The notes under the pieces: generated by a model
The model's database searches: none
Told to the model about the DNA's origin: nothing
What the model saw: the letters and a program-made list of their open reading frames with translations, nothing else
Position numbers and translations under genes: made by a program
DNA from: Callorhinchus milii
Lineage: Eukaryota
Direction of reading: 5' to 3'
Assembly (NCBI RefSeq): GCF_018977255.1
Contig: NW_024704742.1
Coordinates: 36,148,001-36,212,000 of the forward strand
Length of the DNA: 64,000 nt
Part shown: positions 12,705 to 25,950 of the stretch, in pieces
Numbering within the stretch: the first letter of the stretch is position 1
Layout: every line of letters starts with the position of its first letter

Positions 12705-13012
12705 TAATAACCCTTACATTTGACATAGCACTTTATCAGGTCGGTGAGACGTCTCAAAGTGATTTACAGAGTAAAGTGAAATGACTATATTTTGTGGGTG
12801 AAACGAGGCAGCCAATTGCGCACAGCAGGGTGCCACAAACAGTCGTCGATTGAGTAACCAAATTAATAGATTTTTTAAGGGATTATTACACCCAGAACAG
12901 CAATCCGACAATCAGCTAACAACCAGGCTCCTACTTACTGCTGGGTCAACAAAGGCGTGTGGAGTAAGGAAACTTGCCTAAGGTTTCTCCCACCCTGGAA
13001 TTGAACCCGGGT
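12705..13012 (-). mobile_element. SINE subfamily B
   Basis: Antisense tail, Deu-like core, CTAACAACC..CCTACTTACTGCTGGGT domain, GGAGTAAGGAAACTTGCC. Confidence 0.9.
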
Positions 13013-14689
13013 TCTTTTCCACACACATACCCTTCCCAGACAAGTCACTGCATACTGATGAAAGCCGGAACCCTGGACTATTTACCTCCCCAGCTCAGAA
13101 GCAGTAGTACTCTTACTCAAGACAGACAAGAGTGTGAGCTTTGGATCTCTTCCGGTCCGTAAGACTCAGTTTCCCATTAGACAGTGGCTCCAAACTGAGC
13201 CACCAGGGAGATGGGGATGAGACATTTAGGCAGCATAAGATTAGAAACAGATCCTGACAGCAAAGGAAGCAGATAAACAATACTTTGGTGGGTCAATGCA
13301 TTTTGCAACAAAATCATGCAGTTACTTATTCACAAGTGTTAAGGCAGTAAGAGGTATGAGCATTCAAGTGACTAAAGTGCTACTAATTTAATCAAACTAC
13401 AGCCGAAGAAACCAAAGAAATGACTTAAAATTACAAAATGTGCTGGTGTTGCATAGGGAATGGCTGTATGTTTGTGTGTATTTAAAGATATTGTATTGTT
13501 TTCAATCACCAGACCCATCAACAGCTTTATTAACATTAGATTCCCTCTAAGTGGTGCTGTCCCAAGAGATAGATGATTTTTCCTGATTAGTAAACACTGC
13601 TGATTTATCTGCACTCTATACCGTGTAACAAAAAGATGAAGCCTAATAAATATTCAGCAGTCAGCTAATTTTGGAAATTCAGAGATTCCAATGATCTACT
13701 TCATTATAGTTTTAAATGGGGTCTATTTCACAATAGTTTTAAAATGAAATAATAAGGTTCAAATTCCCATCTCCCTGTGGAAACATTGTTCTCTTATCAA
13801 TTCATATCAGAGTGAATTTTCAATAGCTTGATGTGATATACTCCTATTTACCATAAATAACCCCTCAACATACATTGCAAAGATCTTTCCCTCAGCACTA
13901 CAGGTACATCCTACCACAAACATGATTGCCTTCTGGTAAAGATAAACTTGGACCCTTTACAGCGCAAGTCTATTTATAGCACGGCCATAATATGGATCGG
14001 AATTGGAGTACACTTCCGGCTTCTGTCACTGACTGGCCAGCTTCCTGCACATAATGTGCAGGTGTAGAAAGCCTCCTGGCATCTGGCAGTGTCCCAGGAA
14101 CTGATGGAAACACGAGAGTGGTTGCCAGCTTCCTGTGCACTATTCACATATGCAGCACGGTTCAGTGGTGTCAGCAGTCATCTGGAAGCACTGACTGCTG
14201 GACATTTGTATCGTGCAACCCATTATAATGTGTGGTCTGATTTTATGCATCCCCTCCTCTCAACCGTTGCATTCTATTGTGGTCCAACTGTAGGTTTTCT
14301 CTCATAGGAACTGAACGAGCCACTCAAATGTCAAAACACAAAAGAATTTTTCAAGTACAACTGAATCTGGAAAAGATTTTACTGCTCTACAAATGTGAAT
14401 GCCTTCTCATTCCAGTTTTCATTATTTATAGAAATGCTAGTGTTTCTTCCTAGGTGGTACAATAACTCACTATATGTTATTATAGCATGTCTCAGCCAAG
14501 CTTTCTTTCTGTTCATCACAGCATCTGAGAGTAGTTTGCAATGTAGCAATTATATTTTTCATATTAAAAAGTGAATGATTCACTGATTTGTCAAGGAACA
14601 GTTGATACTTTCATAAGCATATACCAATGTCTGAAATCAGGAACATCTGGAATAGCAGAGGGGGGTCCAAAAAGGGCTCAATTTTATGG

Positions 14690-14920
14690 CAGTACCCCCC
14701 CCCCTTCTAGAACTCCATCCGAGAGTCCCTCCAAATCCCTCCCTCCCTCTCCCCATTCAAGTCACATCTAAAAACGTACCTCTTTGACTGCATTTTCCGT
14801 CATATCTTCCCCCACCTCCCTCAGCTCCCACCCCAGAATCAGGTGCCCATTCAGCATTGTTATTGCCTTTGAGACATCCACCCAATGTGAAAAGTGGTAG
14901 TATGCTGCAAATGTAAATTT
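14690..14920 (+). mobile_element. L2 3' UTR/tail remnant
   Basis: CTAAAAAC.TACCTCTTTGACTG, pyrimidine-rich tract, GTGAAAAG..GCAAATGTAA. Confidence 0.55.
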
Positions 14921-17377
14921 CATGGTATTGTATCATTTGTTTGTGCTAACAAACTGCACATCCAGACACTTTACTTCACAGAAGTGTTACTGGCAAAGGG
15001 CAAACCTTTAGCTACTATATTTCTAACCGCTGGTGCTCCCTCCCTCTACCCATCCATCTCGCCTCCTCCCTATCAGTCTTTAAATCTCACCTAAAAAATT
15101 ATCTCATTAACTGTGCCAATGGTCATCTCCCCTCTCCCCCTCCCTCCCCGGCTCAGCTCCAACCCCATCCATCCAAGATATTATCTAACATGAAGGATGC
15201 TCTGTCTGGAATAAATGTAAGTTGATATTCATTCTCTGCCCCCCAGGTCATTGCTTGTATTCCCCGGTTTTCCTTACGAGGCTCCCCACGCACATCACTG
15301 AGTGGACCAGTGAGCAATTTGCCGTTCCTTTTGTTAAACCACTTAAGACACTTCACATAAAATGTGATTTATAAAGTCAAGTTGTAATACTGCTTTGTAG
15401 ACAAAGAACAGGAAGTTGCTGAGATAGGCCTCGTAACACAAGGCTTTCCTACCAATATCTCTTCCTTCTTGTGAGGAAGTGTCTAGCTTTTACTCTGCAT
15501 TTTTCCATGATGCCAATGAAGAGATTAGAAAGTCACTATCTAGACAAATATGGCATGAGGAAAAGGCCATCAAGCCTGTTCCTTCCCTGCAAAACCTAGC
15601 CTGTTGTGGTCTCCATCACACCACTTAGTCTACCAGGAAACACTTTAGAATTGACACTCCAAAAGATAAACCAAGTAAACCTCCAAGTCACCAATTGAAC
15701 ATAATTATTTTATTTATTTTTTAAATAATGTTTTACCATTGTGACTGGATGAACTACAATGGTCTTTATCCTAGTTCTGAATGTTCCTACTTTTCTATAT
15801 TCCTATGTAGTCTTCCATCCCACCGCATACATCCTATACTCGTCAGCCTGCTTGCATGCTATGGCATTTATAAAGTCCTAGTAGCTCAGTAACTAACCTA
15901 ATCCACAGAGTTGAACTGGTTCACTCTATTTGGTGCTAGTTCACTCTACTGCTAACCTACTCCCATGTAAGGCACAACAATTAATAATATAATTTTAGGA
16001 AAAAGGTATGAATGACCCTTTTTTTATTTCAATTTTTTTATTTGAAACCAGTTGAGTTTTTAATTACAATGATTTGCTCTTCACATGAGTAGCAGTGTGC
16101 AGGTAAAGTGGAACATTCTTAAACTCTTAAACTATTTTTTTCAAATTCTTTCCAAATTAAGACTCCAAATCTCCACAATTCACAATTTTCCATTTTAAGA
16201 TAAAATAGTTTAGATTAAGACTCAAATTTTACTAGTAGAACTTTAGTAATAAAACTAGTCCTAATTTGTGAGAATCATCATTACTATGATATTTGATGAT
16301 ATTGCAGCTTCATTCCCACATGAATAATTGGTTATTCCCTTCAAGGCTGTTTGTAGGACATTGCTGTGTAAATTGGCTGCTGCATTTGCCTACAAATATG
16401 AAGTCACTACACTTTACAGCAAAATTCTGTGAATCGCTTTGAAATGTCTTGAAAATATAAGGTGCTATATCAAATCCAAAGATTATTAAGATTTAATAAA
16501 TCACTGCTCTTTATGGTCTGTCCTGAGAAGCACTTTGAGACGTTTTCCTGACGTGAAAGGCACTATATCAACTGTAAGGATCATTTTCACACTGTGCAAG
16601 CGGAAATCTGAAACAAGGCTACATAGAGGGAGCTTTCGTCACCCTTGCTCTTTAACCTATGAATAACCCTTTTCGTGCTAGTCTTCACATGGGGGCATAT
16701 AACACCTTGCAGATGTGTGACAAGCGCTGCCTCCTTGTTGCCACGAGCATCCCGTGCTGTGACAATCCCATCATCTTCAGGAGTCCTCAAACAGAAAGAA
16801 AGCAATAGTTTGGCACCAGCTGCACTAACAGTCTGACCCCCAGAGAGCAGCCCAGTAGCATCAGCCCAGAAGGCTGTCAGCTTCAGGAAAACATATTATC
16901 AAGCACAACAGAAACATTTCACTTCTGGCACTTGCAGCCTTCGTGGTGATCTTGTTTTGGCAAGAACATTTAGCACTTTAGGCTCGGAAGTTGCAATGTC
17001 CCACAAACACACTCGATAGTGCCTGAATGTTTTACCATTTAAAAGTGACAGGAGACCATCAGCCAGACTCGGGAGCTTCAGGCAACATTTATTTTCATTT
17101 ATTCATTGAAACTTATTGAAAGTATTCAAATGCCATACAGATTTTTTTTTAATGCGGAGCTGTACCTTTTGTTTGTGTAATAAATTCACGGGCACTATGT
17201 TTTACAATAAATCCTGTTAAGTGCTTTAAGACTCCTCCTGATACAGAAGGCTTCATATCTAATTTAAGGATTATGATTATTTTATTACTTGCCTGCAGCA
17301 AACAATCACTGCATTTGACAGTAATTACTTGTGAAGCGCTTTGAGACATTTTAATGTTATAAAGTACTAAAACATTG

Positions 17378-17500
17378 AATCATAGAATCATTGAATCGTA
17401 CAGCACAGGAGGCTATTCGGCCCATCGCGCCTGTGCCAGTCCTTTGAAAAAGCTATCCAATCCCATTCTTCCACTTTTTCCTCATAGCCTTGCAACTTGA
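17378..17500 (-). mobile_element. CR1 LINE 3' terminus
   Basis: AATCATAGAATCATTGAATC..CAGCACAGGAGGCTATTCGGCCCATCG, the antisense of a CR1 tail (short repeat plus stem-loop). Confidence 0.8.
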
Positions 17501-17647
17501 TCTTTGCTCTCCATCCCTGCTCAGGTCCAAATCCCCGACCGTCCAGTACCCTGGGACATTCCCCCGACACAAAAGGTGCTAAAAAATTGCAAGTTGTTGT
17601 TGTTTTCTGCACCTTCCCATCCTCCCAACCACATCCTCTCCATCCTC

Positions 17648-17830
17648 TGGGTAATAATCCCTTAAAAAAAATGTGGTTACTCAACCCATGACTCTTGGTG
17701 GGACATTGCTGTGCGAGATCGGCTGCCACGTTTCGCCCACATAATACAGTCACTCCACTTTACAATATATTCAGTGAAGCACTTTGAGCTGTGATAAGGA
17801 GCTATATCAAATGTAGGAATTATTATTATT
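17648..17830 (+). mobile_element. SINE 3' half
   Basis: GGGACATTGCTGTGCG..GGCTGCCACGTTTCGCCCAC and (TTA)n tail. Confidence 0.85.
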
Positions 17831-18169
17831 AAATATTCTTCCACATCATCCATTTTAGAAATCTCAGATTAGCTCAGGGATGGACACAGTTACATTGCTC
17901 TTCCCATATTGTGTGATAATCCCCCAGCAGTTATGGGTCTACTATTGTGATAGATTTCACACCTCTTGCACTCAGTTTCAAATCTGTTATGAATAAATAG
18001 GCAAAAAAATGCTCAACACAACTGAGACATTTTGTGTTCTCTTAAACTTCTGATGCAAGTTCATTCCTATGTTAGTTAGCAAAGCATGAGTTTGGATTGC
18101 AATCCATTTGAGAGGCATTAGGGATCAACATTAGGGACCTTTCAGCATTTTCCTTCTTGAAAGAAAACG

Positions 18170-18460
18170 GGCATTATAGTTAAGAAGACATGCTTGAAAA
18201 TTTGGTTCCGTTTTCACTGAAACAAACGTTAAGAGGGAATCCAATGAAGGCCATTAAAATTCTGAAAGGTTTGAGAGGATGAAAATGGTTATGAAAGGAG
18301 AAATAGTGAAAGATCATTCCTGCTAGTTGGTAAATCCAAAACAATAGGGTATAAGTTTAGGATTTCCACTTGGGAGTTAAGTAAGAAGATATATTTTTCA
18401 GAGTAAAGATTTTTGAAACATGAATTATATTCTTAGAAGTATCTATTGACGCTAAAACGA
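18170..18460 (+). mobile_element. Very old CR1 3' remnant
   Basis: TTAAGAGGGAAT..TAAAATTCTGAAAGGTTTGA..AGGGTATAAGTTTAGGATT resembles the CR1 LRGDLI..KI.KG.D..RGH..K region. Confidence 0.5.
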
Positions 18461-18629
18461 CTGACTGAAACATCGTGAAGCTAAGAGTCGGTATTCCTTC
18501 AACTGGCAGTCAAATGGTTCACTGTTAAAAAACACTGGGTGTTCTCAATACACACAAATCAAGTACACTTGATAAAACATACATTAATGTGTCTCTAAAT
18601 TACCCCACCGTGAAATTTAGGGAAAAATT

Positions 18630-18930
18630 AGCTAGATTAGCTCATTTGGTAACACTCTGGCCTCTAGGTCAGAAGGTTGTGGGATCAAGCCCAGCGGCAG
18701 ACTATTGAGCTCACAGCCTAGGCTGATACCCCAGTGCTGCATTGTTGGAGGTGCCTTTTTTTGGATGAGATGTTAAACCAAGGTCCTGTCTTCAGATGGG
18801 TGTTTATGATCACAGGACACATTTTGAGAAGAGAAGGGAGTTCTTCCTGGTGTCTTGGCAACAATTGGATGGATATTTGTAGGACTGTGAGATGTGCACA
18901 AAATAGCTGCCGTGTTAGCCTACAAAAAAA
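18630..18930 (+). mobile_element. Old Deu-domain SINE
   Basis: GTCAGAAGGTTGTGGGATCAAGCCC, GTGCTGCATTGTTGGAGGTGCC, GATGAGATGTTAAACCAAGG. Confidence 0.8.
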
Positions 18931-20976
18931 AGTTAGTGTCTGTGATAGTTATTATGGTTAAAAAGGTGCTTTCAGATAGTTCAACATTAAGGTGCTGTAA
19001 TAATTCTTTCTTTCTCATATGCTAGCACTTTCGGGAGGTGAGGGGAGAAGGTTAAAGCCTGGGGAAAAACACACGCCGTCTTGTAGCAATAGGAGCAATG
19101 CTGTTGTTATTAAATGTCAATCAAATTCCAAATTCCTAGAAAGAGCAAGAGCATGANTTTTTAATGAACAGGATCATTTTAATGATTCTACGATCGTGTT
19201 TCTCCCATCTTTGTCCTTCCCCTTTCCAGAGCTGCATCGCTAGAGGGTTCTTGCTCGGCTGTGAGGAACAGATGATTGAGGTACTCAGCGGCTTGGCTAT
19301 CAATGCTCCTGCCTGACCTGTGCTGAGGCAGCAGGTTGCCTTTCCCTTCCGCTGATAACCACATCCTCGCCGGCATCGCACTGTCAGCTAATTAAACACA
19401 CTAGGCCCCAGGCACTGTTGTTAACAGCTACTCCCACTACTTGAAGCAACAGCCCCTATACATTGAGCTGTGGAGTAAAAATTATGCTTAATTGAGGTTT
19501 CCAACCCTACTTTCTTTGTTTCGTTTTAACTCTTGGCATTTCACCGATGATGGGCTCCTTCTCTGCTGAAAACTCTTTATTTTGCCCTGTTGTCACAAAC
19601 GTCCAGCTGAGAGGGAGGCCGGCAACTTCAGGCACCTATTCTACCATCAGTGGACAACTCTGTGGGTGTTCCCTTCAACAGCAACAACCACTGCATGTTG
19701 TTGTTTTTGTATTTTAGTTAAAGGTAAAAACATCAAGGAGTCTCACGTGAGAGAAATAAAATGTCACAAGAGTCGGGGTCTAAAACACAGTAATCTCACC
19801 ACCCAGCAATTTAAAAAGGATTTCTTAGTCCCAGTTGAGTCAACTCTTGAGTTACAAACGGTGATATCTTCTGGTGACTGGATGTACCTCCCATTAACCT
19901 AGCGCTCCGAGACACCGTCCGACGTGAAGGGTGCTATATAAATGCAAGTTGTTGTTGTTAACTATGGAAAGTCCCCCCTGAAGTAAATTGCATTGGATCT
20001 GTGTTCCCACTGCTCCCACTGACGTTATCCCAGTTACCAGAAGGAATACACATTTGTGACTTGAGTCCTGTGAAACTTGAAATCATTGTTTTAGACCCAT
20101 GTATCTCCATGTCATAATCTTGTTTCTGAATTTCCATGTCCTCTTTTCCCCCAATTACAAGCTTTCTATATTGCCTAAATTGCGGGTTGGACTTTTCGGT
20201 GGGTGCTTGTTAATTGCATAATTGAGGGTATGTGTGCGTGTTTGAACTCAGTTAGCCCACACGCTGTTAGCCCAAACCGCGTTTTAGAACCTTAGAATTG
20301 TCAACATGATCAGGAACAGACCAAGAATAGCCTTCTTCCTTCTTCCCAGTTCCCAAAATACTTGAGAAAGTCTGACAGTAGCTGGTTAAATTGAGCTCTT
20401 TACACTCTGCCTAGATTTCTCTCTAGTACTTTCATTCAGATCGGAGCTTCCTTTGTTTTTCTCCTCCCCACTATCTCTTTAACTGACCTTGCCTACCTCT
20501 GCCTGATGAATTCCATCACTATCGATCTCTCGATTCCTCCTTAAGTCTCTGCCCTTGAATGTCTCCTTCCATTTCCCTTCTTCTCATTCTGTCCATGAAT
20601 CTCTCCTGCTGTCTTTTCCTCCTTGTTTATCTCCACCTTGTATTCCTACTCACTTTCTTTATCTTTGATCTCAGCACTTCCGTCTTTTCCACTACAATGC
20701 CTGTCTAATTCTAATTTTAGCACCTGCTCTAATACTCAGCACCACGTGGGCAAGTGGAATTATTCACCCCTCAGGCCATAGATAGTTTTGCTTCCCAAAC
20801 GTTGTCCATTTAATAGAAATGGTGATACTGTGTCAATTCTGGAACATTTAGCAATTTATTTCCCTCCTTTGACTGACTGTTGTCATCCTGCACATGTGAG
20901 CTTAGGCAGTGATTGTCAGCAGGCTATTAATAATACATTTAATAATAATCCTTGCATCTGATATAGTGCCTATAAA

Positions 20977-21190
20977 GAACAACAACTTGCAACATCGCCC
21001 TTCATGTGAGGTAGCATCTTAGAATGCTTTATATGCGAATAGGGAGGGCGCAATGGAAGGGGTTTGGAGGTTGTAGATTATGGGGGGTAATGACTATCGA
21101 ATATGATGAGGGAGAGCTAGGAACGATGTGGATGAGGGAGAGGGCCGTTAGCTTTCGTAGGTGGGGGAGGCAGGCCTTCCAGAGTGGGCG
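20977..21190 (-). mobile_element. L2 3' fragment
   Basis: AACAACAACTTGCA..CGCCCTTCATGTG antisense tail plus purine-rich body. Confidence 0.6.
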
Positions 21191-22167
21191 ATAAAACATC
21201 AAAATGCCTCAAAACGCTTCACGGGGAATTGCTATCAAGTGTAGTGACTGTGTACTTCAAGGTCTTACAAACAATCATGAGGTTAAAAAAAACACCAATT
21301 TACTGGGGGATATACAGTATCTTTAATAATTTATGATTGAGGAAAACTCCCTCCCATTTTGAATAGTGTCATGGGATCTCTAACGTCCACAAAATGGAAG
21401 ATTTTTAATTTGAGTCTTTTACCTCCCACTAAAGATTTGTTTTCACAAACTTGCCAGGAAAAGTTCGAACAAAAATACTGCAAAGTGTGTGGTCATGGGG
21501 TAAGGCCAGCATCAGGGGGGGAAGGGGGAACGAAAGAATGGCAAAATATTACTGGGTGGAGGGCAAAAAAATCAAAACCTCAGCCATGTCATGAAGCTAC
21601 TTCTTCAATAATTGTAAAATTAAAGGGATTTTCGCATCAGTTTCTCAAATTTGCAGACCAGAGGAAAATAAGATGTTTCTAAATGTGCCAACCTTCAGCA
21701 AATCAGTCTTGCAATAGACTGGCAAACAGCAGGGTATGGCCTAATGTCTGGAGCACAGTAAGTGTGTGGCAGGGAAGTGCTGCTGAGACAGTGGACATTG
21801 ATTTAACTCAGATTGATTCAAATATATTCTCTCCACTTAACTTCTGGGGTGGGGGTGGGGACAGCAAAGAGGTGCGAGAGCATTAAACTGAATCTAAATG
21901 AGGCCATTAGGCTGCGAAAAAAAAACCTTCAAGTGATAAATCTGCTTTACAGCTTTCAAAATACATGCATTTTTTTGGCGTGTGCAGGCGCAGACATTAT
22001 TTTTAGGGCACAGTGAGGCACCCAATAAAGTAGAGAATCTTAGGACATTAACGCTGCAATATTCTATGAATAATTTAAAAGGGAAAATGTAGCCAGGCTG
22101 TCTTTGCTCTCCCAATTCTGCTGTTCCTCTCGCTTCTGGCTCAGGCACAAAGTGGAGCAGGAAAGAC

Positions 22168-22410
22168 CCCAAATTTTATCTAGTGTTAGCCTATAGCAGT
22201 TTAAGACCGCGAGGATTTGAACCCAATTCTTAAATTCAGACTTAATTTGGAAACTGGGACTTTTTAAGAAATTGCAGGAAATGGCTTCCAAATTAAGACT
22301 GCGTTTGAGAATTTTCTACATTTCTGCGTGAACTTTAAATTTTAAGACTTTTTCATTTTTAAACATTTTTAAAATACTGTGAATAGGCTATGAATAGGTG
22401 ACATTTTGGG
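22168..22410. mobile_element. Fold-back MITE-like element
   Basis: AATTCTTAAATTCAGACTTAATTTGGAA / TTCCAAATTAAGACTGCGTTTGAGAATT inverted arms. Confidence 0.65.
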
Positions 22411-22759
22411 ATCTAAGATAGGACCCACCAGATAGAGCAAAGGGTAGTCTTACTGATCCCATGCATATTGAGTAGCCAGTCAAAAGCTGCTTTCATTCCT
22501 GGGCAGACGGATGGACTCAACTTCATTGTATTCCATACACAATGGTTATGGTTGCTCCTTGGGCCTGTATTAAAGTATCCAATGAAATGTAATAGGATTA
22601 ATACAAGCTGAGGGCACCACTAAATATTAGGGGAGTTAAATATTAGCATCTTGGTCCTCCTGACGTGAAAGGCGCTATACAAATGTAGTTTTGTTATTGC
22701 TGTTCACGCCCACTATGTGCAGACAAGCCAGAAAGTAAAAGTCTACAATTTCGGGCCTT

Positions 22760-22975
22760 GAACTCACAGTGCAGTGCTGGGAGCGTGTTGTTGGAGGTGC
22801 CGTCCTTCAGAAGAGACATTAAACCAAGATCCAACAATCCCCCAAATAAAATTAGTCATTCATTTCATGGCTATTTGTGTAACATTCCTGTGCACAATTG
22901 TGCTGCCGCATTTGCCTACAATTACACAGTCCGACAGGATAAGGTGCTATACCAAAGACAAGGATTATTATTATT
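22760..22975 (+). mobile_element. Deu-domain SINE, internally deleted
   Basis: TTGGAGGTGCCGTCCTTCAG, GAGACATTAAACCAAG, (TTA)n tail. Confidence 0.7.
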
Positions 22976-23384
22976 TGCATATGCGTATATATGAGTGGGT
23001 TTTAGATGGAGGGGTGGGGGTGGGGGGAGGGAGGCAAGTCACTGAGCAGTTCAATCCCAAAGCAGCCACAAAACACATCAGCCTCTGCCTCTAGGGCACC
23101 ATTTATATGAATCCCCAGGGAACTATGTGTTATGTAAATAGTATTGGGTGGAATTAACATTTTATACAGTGGTACCAATTTAACGTTATTATTTTAAACT
23201 CGGGGGCTTTGTGCGAGTGTTTGAATCTTAGGCTGCAGAACTTTGTTTTTGTAGTGTTGTCCTCGGTAACTCATGTTTGTGCTGCTGTGATTGTGCTGCT
23301 GGTTCCTGCTGGAGGGCACAAGTGTGTCATATTATTGTATTAAACATTCACACATTTGAAGGAAGATATTAAGTAAAAGCACTG

Positions 23385-23860
23385 TGAGGCATACAGAACC
23401 ACAAAGGTCCCGGGAATTGCAAGTCATTTTTCCACAGTTTCTTAAAAACACCCGACATCCAAATAGATTGAATTTAAGATGTACGTTCAAATCCTTGCAA
23501 TCTTAAACTTTAAGATAAAACGGTGCTGCAGCCGAATATCTTAGCCAAGGCAGCAGTCAGGCTCTTCAATTAGCCTCCCTGCCTTTGGACTAGGGAGGAG
23601 GGGCAAAGAACCAGACCAACCCGCTCCTGATATTTACCAGTGACCTTGCTGGAAAGTGTCCTGTGCGTGACCACTGAGGACAGAATCTACAGGCTTTGAT
23701 GTGGAAAAGGAATAAGCTGTGATAATTCACAGTCAAATAACTGGATCACACTCATTGCTTAGGCTCATACTTAAAGCACACACCTTTGTGTGAGATACCA
23801 GAAGCCAACAGTTGCCTGTGAAACCATAACCTAGTATGCATCAGCATCTATGGGAGAAGT
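23385..23860 (+). mobile_element. Old tRNA-SINE (second family), interrupted by a MITE fragment at ~23418-23520
   Basis: Body CTAGGGAGG..GCTCCTGAT..CCAGTGACC..GCTGGAAAGTG similar to antisense 1372-1660; insert matches MITE core TTTTTCCACAGTTTCTTAAA. Confidence 0.55.
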
Positions 23861-25220
23861 GAGAAAGAGGGACTTAGAGGAGGAAAAACAACAGCAAAAA
23901 TTCCCAAACATTGATAGCTTCCATTTAAAGAAAGTACCCCAGAAATGTGGATATCAGCACCTTATGAAGGTAGGTATTTAGGTGCAATAGGCATAGATAT
24001 CGGTAAGAGCCCGATATCCACAATATTCGGGACTGCACTATTGTGGGTATGAAATCAGTGGTGACATCAAATCTGTGTGCATGTGTATGTCTGTTTCCCT
24101 CTCTCTCTCTGTCCCTCTGCCTTTACATTATCTCTGTGTCTTTCTCTCCCTGTCTATTCCTGCACTTACCTGTATCAGATACCTCCTTTGGGGAAAAATC
24201 CACTACCTGGTAACCATGCACACATCTGTTCAACTAAAGATTTGCGCTGACATCGAATGACCAACTTCACGATTGTATCTGAGCCCCAATGCTGACAAGC
24301 GAACATGCAGATCGGCAGTGAGCAGTTAATTATCGTTCTACTGTACAACATCTCAAACTTACACATGGTGTTTTGACATTCATGTGCTTCAAAGCACTTC
24401 ACACGATGATTATCAGATCTATCAATTACTAAAATTAATGTACAGTATTTATTTGCAATAAATGGACTCTACTGTATTGCCTGGTATAGGCTCTTTCACG
24501 GAGTTGAAAGCAAATAAACAATCTACTCAGATGTGTTTTTCAGTGACTTGGAATTGCTGACAATAATTTGACAGCAAACACTTCCTAATTTATTTTAAAC
24601 CATCACTGACACAGAGGGAGGTTAGAGGTCAGCTTCCAGACAAGCTGAGGGGAATGCAGTCATTACTTCACTACACTAGTACCAGAGATTTCTGACACAC
24701 TGGGGATCCCAAATGATGGCAAATGAGTATGAAGGAATACGTGAAGTTAGAAGATGTCTCAGCAACAGGGTTTAATGGGCCGTCACCTCAAAAGCATTGC
24801 CGTGATATGTTGATTGGAGATAAATGATGCCAGCAGATTTTGTTCTGTACAATATCCCACCAAAAAATGGAGGAACAGAAAGACGAATCACTAGTGTCAC
24901 ATCTCTTATTGTCTTTGTATTTTATGTATCAGTGGACTTCCTCCCGACGTGAAAGGCACTATACAAACATAATTTTGTTGTTGTTTACTGAGACAAATTT
25001 CATTGCATCACCAAATCTGGGATATTCCAAACAACGTGACTAGGAATCCACACTAAACTCTGCACTGACCCATTAGGTTATACGTATGAATGAAAGATCA
25101 TATAGCAGCATAATGCTGAGAATCCCAGAGTGGCGTTTTCATTTCCTTCTGTTTGTTTGTGGATTGTTGGTTTGTTAACCATAGTGACTGCAGGTTGTTC
25201 CAGGGCTCCGAAACTTCTCT

Positions 25221-25437
25221 TGGTCTTAGCCTTGAGACCATTAAAATTTAATATTGTGTGGAATTTTTAAAAATTCATCAATTCAGTCTTAATTTGGCAG
25301 CCCATTTCCTACAGTAATTGAAAAGAACACTTAAAAAAACTGGAAAACTGGTTTCCCAATTAAGACTTAATTGAAGAATTTTCCAAAATGCCTCATAATC
25401 TTAAATTTTAACATAATGGTCTCAAAGGTTAAAACCA
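25221..25437. mobile_element. Fold-back MITE-like element
   Basis: Nested IRs TGGTCTTAGCCTTGAGACCATT / AATGGTCTCAAAGGTTAAAACCA and CAATTCAGTCTTAATT / AATTAAGACTTAATTG. Confidence 0.75.
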
Positions 25438-25444
25438 TAAAGAA

Positions 25445-25950
25445 TGTTACTGTGAAGTGCAGTGACTGTATATTTGTGGGCAATTGCGGCAGCCAATTTG
25501 CATACAGCAATATCCCACAAACAACCATGAAGTTTATCTTTATTTTATTTTATTTTATTTGGGGGATTGTTGGCCAGAACACCGGGAAAAACTCCCTTCT
25601 CTTTTCAGATCATGCCATAAGACCTTTAACATCCATCTGAGCAGGCAGAACGGACCTCAGTTTAACAGTTTTTAAGCCAGTTTTCCAGTTTTTTGAAATT
25701 CCACACAATTTTCATTTAAATGGTCTCAAGGAGCCCTCTGAAGCTTTGTGGTTAGAGCGCTCGTGGTTATTAATAATAATAATTTGGTCACTCAATCCAC
25801 AATTGTTTGTGGGACACTGCTATTATAACACCTCATCGGAAGAGAGGCACCACTGAAAATACATTGCTCCCTCGGGACTTCATTGGACTATTAATTCCAG
25901 ACTGTGAGTTCAAAGTCCTGACTTGGAACTTGACAACCTTCTAACTCAAA
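25445..25950 (-). mobile_element. Deu-domain SINE interrupted by filler DNA and a short + strand SINE piece (25677-25825)
   Basis: GCAGCCAATTTGCATACAGCAATATCCCACAAACA; GGACCTCAGTTTAAC continues at TAACACCTCATCGGAAG. Confidence 0.7.

Noticed and set aside
14044..14062. Palindrome CCTGCACAT-A-ATGTGCAGG
   Set aside because: Short and isolated; possibly from an old DNA transposon, with no supportable call.
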